From NCBI GenBank assembly GCA_951804945.1, contig OX638157.1, forward strand, positions 32,240,001 to 32,304,000: 64,000 nt of DNA, read 5' to 3'. The position numbers and the translations under genes were made by a program. Of the stretch, positions 23,934 to 63,467 are shown one piece after another. Every line of letters starts with the position of its first letter. Position 1 is the stretch's first letter. The notes under the pieces were generated by a model. That model searched no databases, had not been told where the DNA came from, and saw only the letters and a list, made by a program, of their open reading frames with translations. This stretch comes from Podarcis cretensis. Lineage: Eukaryota.

Positions 23934-23953
23934 TTTCCAGATCTTTCTCGAAC
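23934..23953. promoter_or_regulatory. Heat shock element (HSF binding site)
   Basis: tTTCcaGATctTTCtcGAAc = four alternating nGAAn units with one mismatch, about 290 bp upstream of the ATG of a heat-shock gene. Confidence 0.75.
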
Positions 23954-24103
23954 TCGGGGAGGCTTGCCGGAGAGCCTGTGCGGAAAGAGCCGAATGCCGC
24001 AGCCGGAGTTTCGCGGCGTCCCCGCTTGGCGGCCTCTGGCGCGCGTGGGCGCGCGTGCGCAGAGGCGAGGAAGTGCCGGTTGGTGGCTGTTGCTCCGCAG
24101 TGA

Positions 24104-50468
<26,365 letters not shown>

Positions 50469-51092
50469 GTTTTGCATTTCTTTCAGTCCATTAAAAGCAG
50501 TGCAAGTAATCAGAGGGTCCATCTTTCTTTTATGTCTGATTCACACTACAGATGTTCAGTTAGTCAACTTTCTGTCCTTTGTTCTTTGCAGTAGGTTTGA
50601 AAGTGTTTTTCTATTTGAGTGCATTCCCATTGTTCATTCCATGATACCGCTTATGTGGAGCGTTAGTTGAATGTAGATTGTAAAAGTCAGTTTAAGCTTT
50701 CCCGATATATTTTATATCAAATAGGCAGAATTGCTATATAAATGACAACAATCTACCTTATTTAAAGCTTTTATTGTGGGTAAGCCTCTGCTCCTTTATT
50801 CAGGAAAGGCCACTGTATTGCACTACTGATGCTGAAGTCTAGATCTCTGCATCTTTATTTTGGAAGATATTGGATTTGATGTGGCTTAAATATTGCCACT
50901 TGAAGCACTGACCTTTTTCTAGTTGTTGTACTGTTCTAATTTAAATATTAAAATAGAGGTTAGCTGGCAAATTAGTTAATCTTGTTGATGTACCATGAAA
51001 ACTGTAAGAACCTTGTAGACAAAACATCCAAGGCTTGAAAGGAGCTCATACCAGCAGCATTCTTTGTCATAAGCCTTAGCAACATGACTCAA

Positions 51093-54000
51093 AATAAAGC
51101 TCATGGTCTCCGTGTACACACAGTCCTATATATCATATTCTGTGTTGATGCTGAGGACACTGTTTAAAGTTGTAATAGTATGAAACGTTAGTGAAAGTTT
51201 GAAGGCCATAACTGGGGACTCACTCATGTTTTCATTTCTCTTAATTACCTCCAGACTTGCTAATTTAGCTTAATTTTGAATGCTGCCTATGCATGTTCTT
51301 TAAATATGTCCTCCTCAGAATTAAAAGTGGAAAATACACACACATTAACTGGTAATTGATCTCTGTCAGTGTTCCTTACTGAAATACTTCTACCATTTCT
51401 CTTGGCCAAATTATCTTCTATTTTTGTTTCTGTGTTTAGAAAAGGAACACAACAAAAGTCACAAAATCTGTCAGCAATGGTCCCAAGCATCCTTTGGCAT
51501 CCATAAAAAACTCAGCCCAAAGATACATTCATGCAACTAATGTTCCAAATTTGCATTGCTTTAAACTTGATTCTACTATTACAGTTTTAAGCCTAAAAAA
51601 TAATCAAAGGAGATAATAAATCAACTACCTTGAAATATGAGCAAATTGGGGTCAAAAGAACTCGTAATGAACAGACATCCTTCATGAGTAACCCAGTTTT
51701 TGGCTTAAATGTTGCCTTTGTCACATTAGCAGAGTTTTGCTTCTCTTTTTCCACAACTACTATGCAAGTTCTATTACAGTATTTTTCAAGTTATTCAGTC
51801 ATTTCTTACAGTTTTTTGTGCACCAGGTTCCATGCAGGAAGGTTCTCCACTCTTTTTTTGTATTTTTCTCCGCATCTCAGATTTTAACAGATTAGTGAAT
51901 ATTGTAGGCAGAATTTCTTTTAGTTGTGCAATGTACAATATCTCCATAATGTTACTAAATATTTTAGCATTCTCTAGGGTTTCTGTGGTACTAATTCAAA
52001 GTGATTGCAGGGTGATAGGCAGACTTCACAAAAAAGAGGCCCTTTTGGAATGCTATCAAAATTCTCTGTCCAGGATTTGACAGGTTTTTTTCTGAGGCTT
52101 TGACTTCGGTTGACTTTACCAGACATTCCTGTACTGGACTTCATTTTTCAGGCTTTTAACCATCTTTCTTCAGGGTAGAAAGAAGGCTATGTTGCTGCTT
52201 AAGCCATTTTCTGATCTTCCCTTGGGACCATGAGGTTGGACATGTGGAATCCTAGCTTTCTTGTACACTCCTTTCTGCAACTTTCACACCAATAGGTTGA
52301 TTTTGGGATGGCTGTGAAACAGGATGGTGAATAACAGAGATCTTCATCTGGTCTGTTTAGAAGTACCAGAACAATGCAAGGAAAGGGGGTTTTGTTTGCT
52401 TGTTTTAAACACTCTTAAGATTTACTGAGTACAGTGAGGAGGCTTTAGCACCCAAGTGTACCACACCCCTTTCAGATGCCTCAGCAAACTAATTCATCTA
52501 CTGCCATCTTAATAATGAGTGGTGCAGATGTTTTCTCTTTGTCCCCGATAACAAGAGCTCATGCAAGTGGAATTCCTTGTCAACTGGAAGTAGCCAGTTG
52601 AAATTACTCAACATTTAGGGGCAATTGTGGATTCTATCTTTCAAGACATTGTTATTGAATAATAAACGGGATTGGGTGGGAGAAGAAGACGGGGGTCATT
52701 CAGTATTCAGTCTTCCATGGATCAGGATCCTTTCTTGAGCTTGGGTCTGTAGTGGATTTCCTACCTCCTTGCCAAGAGATGCTTGCAGAAAACTTAGTGC
52801 TTACCCTGTTTTATGCCAATCTGCCAGCTAGATAAAATGCTTGTTTTTTAAAAAAATGTGAAGGGAAGAATTAAACTTATTATTGTGTTAGGCTTTGTAC
52901 ACTGGTAGGTACTTGGAAGCCTGCTTTATTGGGAGGGGTTAGGAGTCACTTTCTCCTATTTGCCCCTGCCATAAGGCTGTCTTATGATACCAGTGGAGCA
53001 TAACCCAATTTTACAGTGTTTGATAGATAACCCAAAGGAAGTCAAATCACAGATAAGCAGCCAATTACTGTTTTTATAACCAATACCTAGGATAATGGAT
53101 TATGCAATTTTGCTACATTCTTTTGACCTGTATTTTTCTCTTATATGTGGAACTAGTGATGTCCTTGCAGTCAATTTAGCACAGGCATTCATGGGATGAG
53201 ACCATTCCTTTGACTTCCAGCAGCTTCAGTGTGAGGTAAACTTTTAATGTGCATATTCAAGCATATTCTGAATTCAGCTTCTGGTACGTCACGCTGACTT
53301 CGTAATGACTTACTCTAAACAAATGAATTCTGGATACTAAAGTGATTATTGGTTACAGAGAGCTGTGTATAAAATGTCCAAGCTAGAATATTGATGTGGA
53401 AAAGTATGGCAGAAAAGAAAGGTCTGTTACAGCATTAGAAACCCCCTGCTCATATCTTGCGGGATGAAGAATGGTTCCCACCAAATTATTTAAGGAAATG
53501 TTGCTCAGATGAGAAAGGAGGTTGTACACTTTTGCAATTGTTCTTTATCCCTTGATTTGTTGCAGAAAAATATTCCCTTAATGAAATGGTACAAAGATGG
53601 AACCTTGTTTGTATTAATAGTAATCTAGCAGTGTAGGCATATGGAGTTTGCCCAGAATTCATTCAAAAAGTTTCTAAGCTGGCCTCCCAGGGGTTTTCCA
53701 CACTTTTCCACACTTTATCTTCAAAGTAGCTTGAGTGCTTTGCAGGGGAAGCTGCTAAATCAAAATCAGCCTATTAAAGTGTGATATATATGTAAAGCCT
53801 CTTTGTGAACGTGGACTCTTTCTTTTTGGGATAGAAATGCTAGATTTTTCAATGCATCTGTTTACATTTTACGGCATGGGTTTAGCTTTATACACCTTTC
53901 TGTTTCTGAGTGAACATTATTTCTTAGTTGCAGACTATATGTAACGAAAGCACTTTTCATACTTTTGGCTTACGTTTAGCATTTTGAGTAATTTTAAAGT

Positions 54001-56428
54001 ACATTTTACGAGTTAATATACTAGACCATGGACTGATTGATACAGTATGTACCCTAAGTCACAATGGTAATGTCAACTGGTGCTAGAACTCATGAGGCAC
54101 AGTATCACATGACCAGTAGAGCTAAGTATCTTCTTAAAACACTATTTAAGAATGGATTTGGCCGCTCCAGTTTAGGCTTAGTAGAGGATAGTGCCTTGTG
54201 TCTGAGATGAATTTCTTCCCCATCATGTTCCTGTGGTTCATTGTGACTCTAGTAGATTTATCAGTATGTTAGTGTAGTTAAATGTGTCTGGGATGGGGTA
54301 TTTGCATGCATGAAAAACACATGAGCAAAGTGCTTAGTGAATATCAGGAAGGCAGACTGAGCAGTTTTGCATAGTCTGCTTTTTTTCCTCCTGTCTACTT
54401 TCTGCCCACTTCTGGTTGTGGATGATATTGAACATGAGTGATGGGGAAAAAATTAATTAGCAACTTTGTTTTACTCCCCCAGTTTATATGCATGAGTTAT
54501 CTCTTATCTCACAACAGCAAATTAGTGGTACTGCCTGCTTTTGTTCAGCTCCTATTTTCATCTCCACCTAGCACCAGTAATTATAGTTTTATAGATTCAT
54601 TATTCATAGTCATGCCACCCACCCACACTTGTCTATAAAACAGTAGCCCATAAGTCTTGGCCAGTTTTACTGGAATGCATCAGATTATTTTCTTGAACCT
54701 GTTTAGAATCATCAGGAATTATAATTTCACTCCATATGTCATTTCCTTCTGCATTGATTGCTGCTCATGTTAACTGGTTATTCCTTCATCTTCCATGACC
54801 CTTACCTCAAAAAAATGGAACCCACCATTTAAATCAAGGATGATGGGAGTTGTAGTCCCAAACATCTGGAGGGCCGGAGTTTGCCTATGCCTGATTTAAG
54901 CAGCTAGTTTCTCACTTAAATTTGGTGTAATTTTAAATTGGCTACAATTTAATTATAGGTATTTATTTAACTGAGTTGGAATGCAGGCCTTGATACTAAT
55001 TTGGGGGGGTATGAATCCTTGGGGGGCTATGAATAAAAGAATCAGTTGGGTGCCTGGATTCAAAATGCAGGGCTGAATGAACTCTCCAGCAGGGGAGAGA
55101 GCCCCCAGTAGCAGAGTTTAAACTCACAAAAGTCAAGCAGCACTATAGCATGGGAATATAGGCTATTAAACCCTTTTCATAACCCATTTAGTTGCATACA
55201 TCACTCCTTTCTTTTTACCCCTCTGGCAATGAACAAACCACACACTGTTAGTTTAAAAAGCTTTACTTACAAAAAAGTCAGATTCATCCATTTATCCAAG
55301 CAGCAGCAAGGAGAAGACAGAATGTACAGAATGAAAACTTCAAACGCGTGCTCTAAGCTTGCTCCTTGATCAGAGAGAGAACAGGAAGAGAAGGCTTCGC
55401 TTCCTAGCACATCAGAGAAGAGGGTGTGTGACATAGCCAAGTCTGGGAATACAGCTCTATTTTCTTAACCCATTCATGCAGTAACTAGCAATCATGCATA
55501 TTATGTTTGACTGCAATTTCCCACAATTTTTTCATCTAAACCCCCGCTCCATTTTAATTCCTAATTGCTACTTAATTTAAGTAGGTATCTTACAAAAATC
55601 AGCAGATTAATAGGCCATAATTCACAGTATAAGCTTCTCTACAGAGCTGTTATCCTACAGACAAATGTTGTCGTTTTTTGAGTTACCTTTCTGTATAAGT
55701 GGAAACTTTCCTGCTATCTTCCTTTCTTGCACACAGACACAATACACACACAGAGATACCTAAGGTTCCAAAACAAGGCTGTTTTATTTCCAGCCTTGCT
55801 TCAGAAGAGCTACTTTAAACAGCAGTTAGAATACCCAAGGCTGCCAGCTAGCAAGTTCAAGTCAGAAGTGTAAAATCATATTATGAAGAATGATCTTTGC
55901 AATTTCAAATTCATTTCCATAGTTTGGAATTTGGAATGGGTTCCTGTGAATATATTAAATTAGTATGTACGAGGAGGACAGAAGCTTGCTAAATTGCATT
56001 GTCCAATTAAAAAAAACCACCATTTGCTATTTTGTTAGGATAAACTTGTGAATAGCAAAATGGTACTGCAAAGTGACTCCATTTAGTTTTCTCATAAACG
56101 TACCTCAAGATACAGAAAAATGAAGGTGTGAATTGGGGAAATCAGTTCACCATAACAAGCTGAAGCTAAAGTCAATCAGCTGCCATGGCCAGGGTTCTAT
56201 AGACATTTTATATTTAGCAAGTGTTTTCTTATGTAAATGTGTCTCCATGGGGCAGGAGTGTGTTCAGCTTGAATAACCTTATAGCAGTGTTTAAGTATGC
56301 AAAGTGTTTATATGTAAAGGGATGGAATCCTTCATAGTGACATCATGCACAAATGGATGAATATGTCAGTTGATTTCCAAGTGGCAACACTAATTTACCA
56401 GAGATTGTGTGTAAAAATTTATAATAAA
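51093..56428 (+). terminator. Candidate HSPA4L poly(A) signals (AATAAA at 51093, 51615, 52661, 55032, 56423)
   Basis: Canonical hexamers downstream of the stop codon; which are used cannot be determined from DNA alone. Confidence 0.45.
55149..55525 (-). mobile_element. Possible solo LTR or TIR element downstream of HSPA4L
   Basis: Short terminal inverted match (CA)TGGGAA ... TTCCCACA and LTR-like size; no TSD seen. Confidence 0.3.
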
Positions 56429-56476
56429 TATTTAAATCTACTTCTTGAACCAGAAGTGATGTTCCCCTGAGACTTT

Positions 56477-56482
56477 TTTATT
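56477..56482 (-). terminator. Candidate poly(A) signal of the WD40 gene (AATAAA on minus strand)
   Basis: TTTATT about 230 bp downstream of the stop codon at 56714. Confidence 0.6.
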
Positions 56483-56713
56483 GTCACTAGTTTCAGCTTA
56501 ATCTGCTACTGTAATACAATAATTGTTCTAACCAATGGGATTAATGTCCACGAAGAGGACTGATCTCTTAACAGCCATCAAAGTTCTTTGGTCAGAAAAA
56601 AACACATCAGCACACTTTATAAATTCTGCTTGCTTTTTACACATCATACATTTGAGAAAAGTTGCTTGGTTGCTTAAAGGCTGCCTCTGCCCTGCAACCT
56701 GTCCAAGAAGCTG

Positions 56714-57878
56714 TTAAATTTCCAACTGAAATGGGTCGTCAAGTTCTGCTGCTAGATTTGGTTTGTGGAAGGCAAGCTGTGTGTCAGCTAACTCACACAG
56801 TGGAAGAGAGCGATAAGAATTCATTCGGTTTGCATCATGTTGAATAGGTTTCCACTGGAACTGCTTTGATCTGAAAGATAAATGGTGTGCTGGTTTCTTT
56901 CTGGCTAGTAGTTGTAAGAAGGATACTTTTCCAAATGATACAAAATTAAGACTTCTTCCTTAAATTTTGGAAATTAGGTGAGGGAATAGGGAGAGAATAG
57001 ATTATTTGGATAGCTAGGAGTCTGCAGATCACTTCCAATAATTTCTGGGAAACTACTAACAAGGCACACAAAGGGAATGGTAGATGCAAAAAGCAGTTTT
57101 TTGAAATACATGTTGCTACTGTATCAAACACACAGACTGCGCACTTGAGTCTGTCAACAGAATTTAATTTCAGTTGTCCTGTGTCTTTTATAAAGTGCAG
57201 CATTCTATTACGCCATGCAAGACTCGCATATCTGTTAAGTTAACCTAGTATGGGCCAGTATGTTGTCGGTGAATAAAGAGGATTTAAATCCAAGTTGTAC
57301 ACACCTGTGTAGTCTGTCTATCTGCCTTTGCTTCAATTCTTCAGCAAGTTCATCATCTGTTACCATCTTTGAAGTGCAAGTGTCCCAAATCATCTATGGG
57401 ATAACATACCACTCATTTAGGCTGGGCAGAGAAGTGCCCTCAAAGTACACAGGGGGCAATGATTTCCCAGAAAATAAAGTTTTTTGGTGAAACAGCAACT
57501 ATAATTACAAGGCTTTCCCAGAAGGAAGAAAGAGCTTGTGGGGTGAGTTGGTGACACAATTGTGCAGTATAATTTTAGCTTCGAAGCAAAGGGTGATAGC
57601 AGTAGGACTGAGAAAGGGTAATAAAATGGTTGCAAGGTAGTAAATTACTTTCTATAAAACATATATTACAGATCAAATGTTATTTTTTTGTTCCGAAAGT
57701 AACAAAGTATTGTGTATAATGTGTTTAGCCATTATGTTTGGTATATTAAAAGAACAGGGTTTTTTAGACAATTTCAAATCAAATTTACTTTTTATTTTTA
57801 TTTTGTTACAAAGAACTAGAAGCTGCTGGAGCAGGAAAAAAAAGTAGCAAAACCAGGATAAGCCAACATAATAGTTTT

Positions 57879-57927
<49 letters not shown>

Positions 57928-60900
57928 TGAAAATTATGCTGTTTTCCAGTCCCTCCATGTGTCAAGCAGGCATAAAGCATTCATTTCCATAAAAAGAGCT
58001 GAGAAGAATGCAGAGGACCAATACAGTACTCAATGAACACTACATTAAATTTTATCCCATTTTCTGATTCTTCATATTTTTCATTATACTGATCAGAGAC
58101 TTACAAAAATTGCAGATCTGCCCAGATTGAAAAAGCTATGTAGCTTCACATCTCAAGAGCTATTGAGCTTGGGGATGGGGGGTATACTGTTGAGTATTTC
58201 ATGGGCTGCAGGCCACTTCATCAGATACATGAAATGTTATCCTTATCAGGAATATAATATACCTGGTTTGGGGACAGGAGCTAGTTGGCAATGAAGCCAA
58301 ATGCTAATGAAAAGACAAGACAATGGGAGATACTCAGCTACCTTAATTTTTAATCATAGTAGACCTTTCGAAATTAATGGACCTAGCTTAGTCATGCTCA
58401 TTAATTTCAATGTGTCTGGTCTAAATAAAACTGAAATACTGCCCAGTGATGATAATATTCCTACCTCAGCATCCATCTTGGATTTCTTCAGTGTGTCAAA
58501 GGTTCTTGTAGATTCTTGTCCAAAAGAGTCAGAGGTAGTTGCTGAACTCGGGTTGGATTCTGATAGTCCCCATGATGACTTCTCTTTTATGTTCCATGGT
58601 TCTCTTTGACCAAATGTACCTTTTTTTAAAAAAGTAAAGTTACTTTAAAATGCTATACTTGACTACCTCAGAATCTTCTCTGTTATGCATATATTCAATT
58701 TTTACTTGCATGTAGACAAAGGACTATATCCAACCAAGTTGTCCTGTTAGATAAAAACATCTGCCTGCGCAATGAAATGTCTGCTCCCTGCCTCCCCCAA
58801 CCAATCTGCTCCAAAGGGTTGGAGAAAACCACAGGACAGATTTGGGAGGACAACAGGAGAGTAAAGGAAGAAGTCCCATTGTGCAGATGGAAGACCTGCT
58901 AACTGAATAACTTGATTGGATACAACCCAAAATAAAGCTTTCAAAAAACCCAAACCACTGTTACAGTCCTGGGGAATGAACAACCACATAAGAACATAAC
59001 AAGAGCTTGCAAGATCAGTCCAATGGCCCACCTAGACCAGCATCCTGTTCGCATAGTGGACACCTATGAGCATGCCTGTGGGAGACCTGCAAGCCAGACC
59101 CGAGCACAAGAGCAATCTCCAGCCCTATGCTTTCCAGCGACGTGTGCAAAAGCATTACTGCCTCAACCGTGGAGGAGAAGCAGTAGCCATCATGGTTAGT
59201 AGCAATTGATAGACTTCTGCTCCGTGATGATGCGGTGGTGATGGTTCCGTTCCAGATGCAATCAGAGAAAGTTTGATGTGGCAAAAACAGGATCGGGGTA
59301 TGTGGGTTGCAGACAGATCATGCAGTGTGTGTATAGTTAATCAGTTTGTGCGTGCAACACCTCCTTATTCCTGGGTCCAACAAGTGTTAAAATGTAAGCC
59401 AGGCTAGCTTTGTGAAGAGGTAGTTGCCTGGGTGATGGGCCATTAAGAGAACATAGGATTAAGGGGGCTCTGTGCAATACAGCAAATAGGTAGGGCCCCT
59501 CCCTCAACTCACAGATAGAACGCCAAAAGCCAGAGTTTAGAGTTGAGTTTGGTTGTGTTGTGACCGAGAAGAAAAGCAGAAAGACAGAGCACGATGTTTG
59601 ATTTCTGTTTGAATTCAAGGCTGCTGCTATGGAGGAAACAATACTCTCTTGGGTTGTTGATGCTGTGAACCCCTCCACTGTAGGCTTAAGTTGTATATAT
59701 GTGTAAATAAACCATATATCAAAGAAACCACAGCTTCCACTGTACCTCATTACCAAAAGGAAACATGAACCCTGGATAAGCGCCTGGAATCTCACACTGC
59801 TGGGTGATTGGAGTGGTGTGTAACAATGTATATGTATTTCCATGTAAAATTAAATCTTACCTATATATTCCCCTTTTAGGCTCCACAACTTTGCATTATA
59901 GTCTAAAGAAGTAGTGAGGAGAAGCTGGTGCTCATTCATAAGGCTGATGCTACTCCATTGGAAAAAGAAAATGGGTTTAGTTTGTTATATTGACAACTGC
60001 TCTGAAAATAGGCACTGCTGTGGAATTTCCTTACTCTCTTAAACATCTTGTTTCTCAAGTTTTTTCCACAGCTAGAATGGCAATACTCGTAGAACTCCTC
60101 AATGCCAAGCCATACCCACATGCCCAACAACCGACATCATATATGATGTTACGTGTGGGGCAAATAAAGATGCAGTTGAGCCAAAAGGGGGTTTGTACAA
60201 AGCCCTGTACATAGTGCCATACACAATACTTTGCCAGCGCAGACAACTGTCTGATGCTCGGGACTTGCAAAGCACAGTGCTGATTGTTGTGGCTTGCAAG
60301 GCACCCTGCATGGTGCTAGGGAAAAACAGTCACCTAATGACATTGTGGTGTCATGTGCCTTTCAAATGTTGTTGTGATGTTGTGTGCCTTTCAAAGTTGG
60401 CTCACGGGGATGGGGCGGGGGGAGATAAGCACCCAATCCACTGGCTGAATCCAGCTCCCCACTGCTCTTCTACAGGGTCTGTGCTTTCTTACCCAAGCAG
60501 ACAATGCAGGCAAAAGAGCTACACTGCAGCAGTTCCTCCTGCCACCACCAGTGCACCATGAGAAGGGGGCCTAAGACGTATGTAAAGGGAGCTTGTTCCG
60601 AATGGATTTGCCAGCTCCTAATCTTTCCGCAGAGGCCTTTTGTTTCTCAGCGTGTCTTACCAGGTTATGCTGCAGTTGTGAGTGTTCCAGCTGTGAAGTA
60701 CTATTTGAAAAGAAGGAGGAGGGGAGACTAAGGTAAGGACATACTGTACACTTGGGAGCAAATATGAAACATTTGGGTTTTGAATAAAAATGTTTCTCTT
60801 ACAAACTGGTGGCTTGGCTTCTGGGCCATTAATGGCATATTCTGCAATGTTCCAGATATAGAGAAAGCCCAGCTGGTCTCCTGCACACAAGAGGAAGTCC

Positions 60901-63412
60901 TTGTCATCAACTGCCACGTCACTGACTGTGGATCTCGACTGCAAGCAAGGAAAAATAAATAAAATAAATAACAATCGTGTATGCTGGATTGCAGAAGCTT
61001 CAATACTGTACTAAAGTTGTGGCGGAAATGCATTATTTTATTTTTACTCTCAAGAGGGAGGACTAACAGCATAATTCTGTGATGATGTTCTCAGAAATAA
61101 ATTCAACCAAGTTCAATGGAACTCACTCCCAGCCCTGCCTAGAAGGGTGTGTTGGATTGAAGCTTCCTTGCACTCTAAGGAGCACTTCGTTACTTGTGTC
61201 ACTTTTGGTGAATGATTAGTTTTGCATTTCAGTTGGTGCATGTGGTGAGATTTTAAGTGCAATTTCGGCACACACAGGCAAGAAGTGCCTACATTTAAGG
61301 TTGCCCTTAAGTCAAGCAAACATGTGAAATGCATGTATCCAGCCCAACTATCAATAGGCTATTGTTTACTCTTTATTTTGATTGCACATTATGTTACATA
61401 TTGGGTTGATTCTAATGTAATACCAACCCATGGTTTTGCGCTATGTAAACAGGGTTGTTCGAGGGGATAGGGTTGTGCATGCCCCATACTCTGTATCTCC
61501 TAAAGTAACCTGTTGCCCTCAGGGAGGGATACCACTGAGAGTCAGCTCTCAGTCTATCTAGCGTCTGTATGTGGAAGCAGCAGGGTGGCATCTTGTCCTT
61601 TGTCTCTGATCGCAAAATGCCCTGGGCTAGCACTGTCTCTGGGTTCACCTTGATGCTTAGACTACCATCCTATGAAAAGTCAGAAGAGGATACAGGCAAA
61701 TCCCTAATGCACAGAGCAATCCTATGCATATTTACACAGAGGCTGACCCTACTGCATGCAACGGGGCTTACTCCCCCAGTAAGTGTAGCTAGCAGGGGAA
61801 GGGAACCTATGACATTCCAGATGTTACTGGACTCCAGCATGGACGGTGGTCCGCACAGATAGGAGTTGTGGTCTAGCAACATCTGGAGGACCACTACCTA
61901 CCTAGCCTTGCTGTTTAGGATTGCAACCTAAATGAATGTGTGCCACTTCCAGTTATGACTTATTTAAAGATCTAGTTCTTATTTTGTTTGTTTCCAAACT
62001 GTTAGGAATCTCACAGCACTAATAAAAACATACAGAGGCCTTACAAATGGAAATTAGCAACATATAAAACATTTTTCCAGAAAATGAGCAGCACTTACAC
62101 TAGAGAAATAAGCAAAAAGTCTCCCACGGCCATATATATTCCAGAATGCAATATAACCTGGGAGAATAACAGCAAGCACGGTATCAATAACAGTATCACA
62201 AAGATGAAAATGAGATTTTCTGCATTCCCCCCTTAAAGTAGAAGTCTGCCCTGTGGTTGGGGGTGGGGTGGTGAGTGTTGGTTTTCTGCTAGAAACTCTG
62301 AAACCTGATTTTTTTCTCTGTACTGATATGTTCATTCTCACCCTACAATGGTCACACAATAGGCTCTATACTAAGACTCTTCAGAAAGCTTCTACAGAGT
62401 AACATCCTCCCACAAATCTAGGTACTGTCGCAAGGCCTAAAGCCTCTTCCCAATATGCAGTTGGCACAAGGAAGAAATTTTGAGTTGCCTTTCTTAAGAA
62501 AGGATCTCCCTTGCTAAAACACCTGTTTGATCTGAGTGCTTCTTTCAACAGCACTAATCTTAAGAGGCATTGCCTCTTAAGTGTCAATGGTTGAACAACA
62601 TCCTCTTAATAATATTTTGTATTTGGGTATCACTCTCAGGTGCTTCAAAGTGCTTCCTGTGCATTAGCTAACTGTCATCCTTACAGTAACCATGTAAATC
62701 AGGATTATTCTCTCCCATATTGCAAATGGGGGGACTAAAGGAGAGAGGGAGAGACTCTTACCTAAAGCCATTGAGTTAATGGCGGAGGTGAGCTTTGGAC
62801 TGGGGGCTCCACCTGATTCGTAGCTCAGTCTCTTGGCCACAGTGCTACACCATCAAAGTCACAAGTGCTGCAACTTACGACAGCCTCAGGTGCCATCGGG
62901 GTGTTTCCCCCCACCTCCCTGCCATGCTTGCCTGATATATGGATTGGGAGGAAAGCTCTAATGGCTGCAATGGGAGTTTTTTTTCTCCCAATAACAATAG
63001 TCGGATCACATCCACACCAACATTTAAAATGCTTTGTTTCTCCTAAAGAATCCCAGGAACTTTAGTTTGTTATGGGTGCTGGGAATTATAGCTCTGTGAG
63101 GAGTAAACTGCAGTTCCCAGATTTCAGGGGGTGGGGAAGCAATGTTCTTTAAATGTATGGTGTGAGGAATGCAGCAAGGTTGAAGTCCCCAGCCTCCCAA
63201 ACCACCTTTCACACAATTGATAGTTGTATGAATGGTGTCCTGCCTAGCCTGGCCCTGAAACACCCTTTGGAATGCAGCCCCTTGCACTGCATTGGCAGCT
63301 ATTTTGAAGGGTTCCCCAATCACTGAGCAGGTTTTTGGTGAGCACCTGGAGCCGTGAGAAGAATATGGGATCTGAGCATATGTAGGCCTCTGAACCCCAA
63401 CCCCACTCTATC

Positions 63413-63467
<55 letters not shown>

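Noticed and set aside
57745-57800. ATTAAA and TTTATT pair as gene ends
   Set aside because: They fall inside an intron of the WD40 gene, whose last two exons lie further downstream (57393-57305, 56870-56714).
59337-59843. 168-aa minus-strand ORF in the WD40-gene intron
   Set aside because: It lies in the probable solo LTR, has no domain motif and is not needed for the in-phase gene model.
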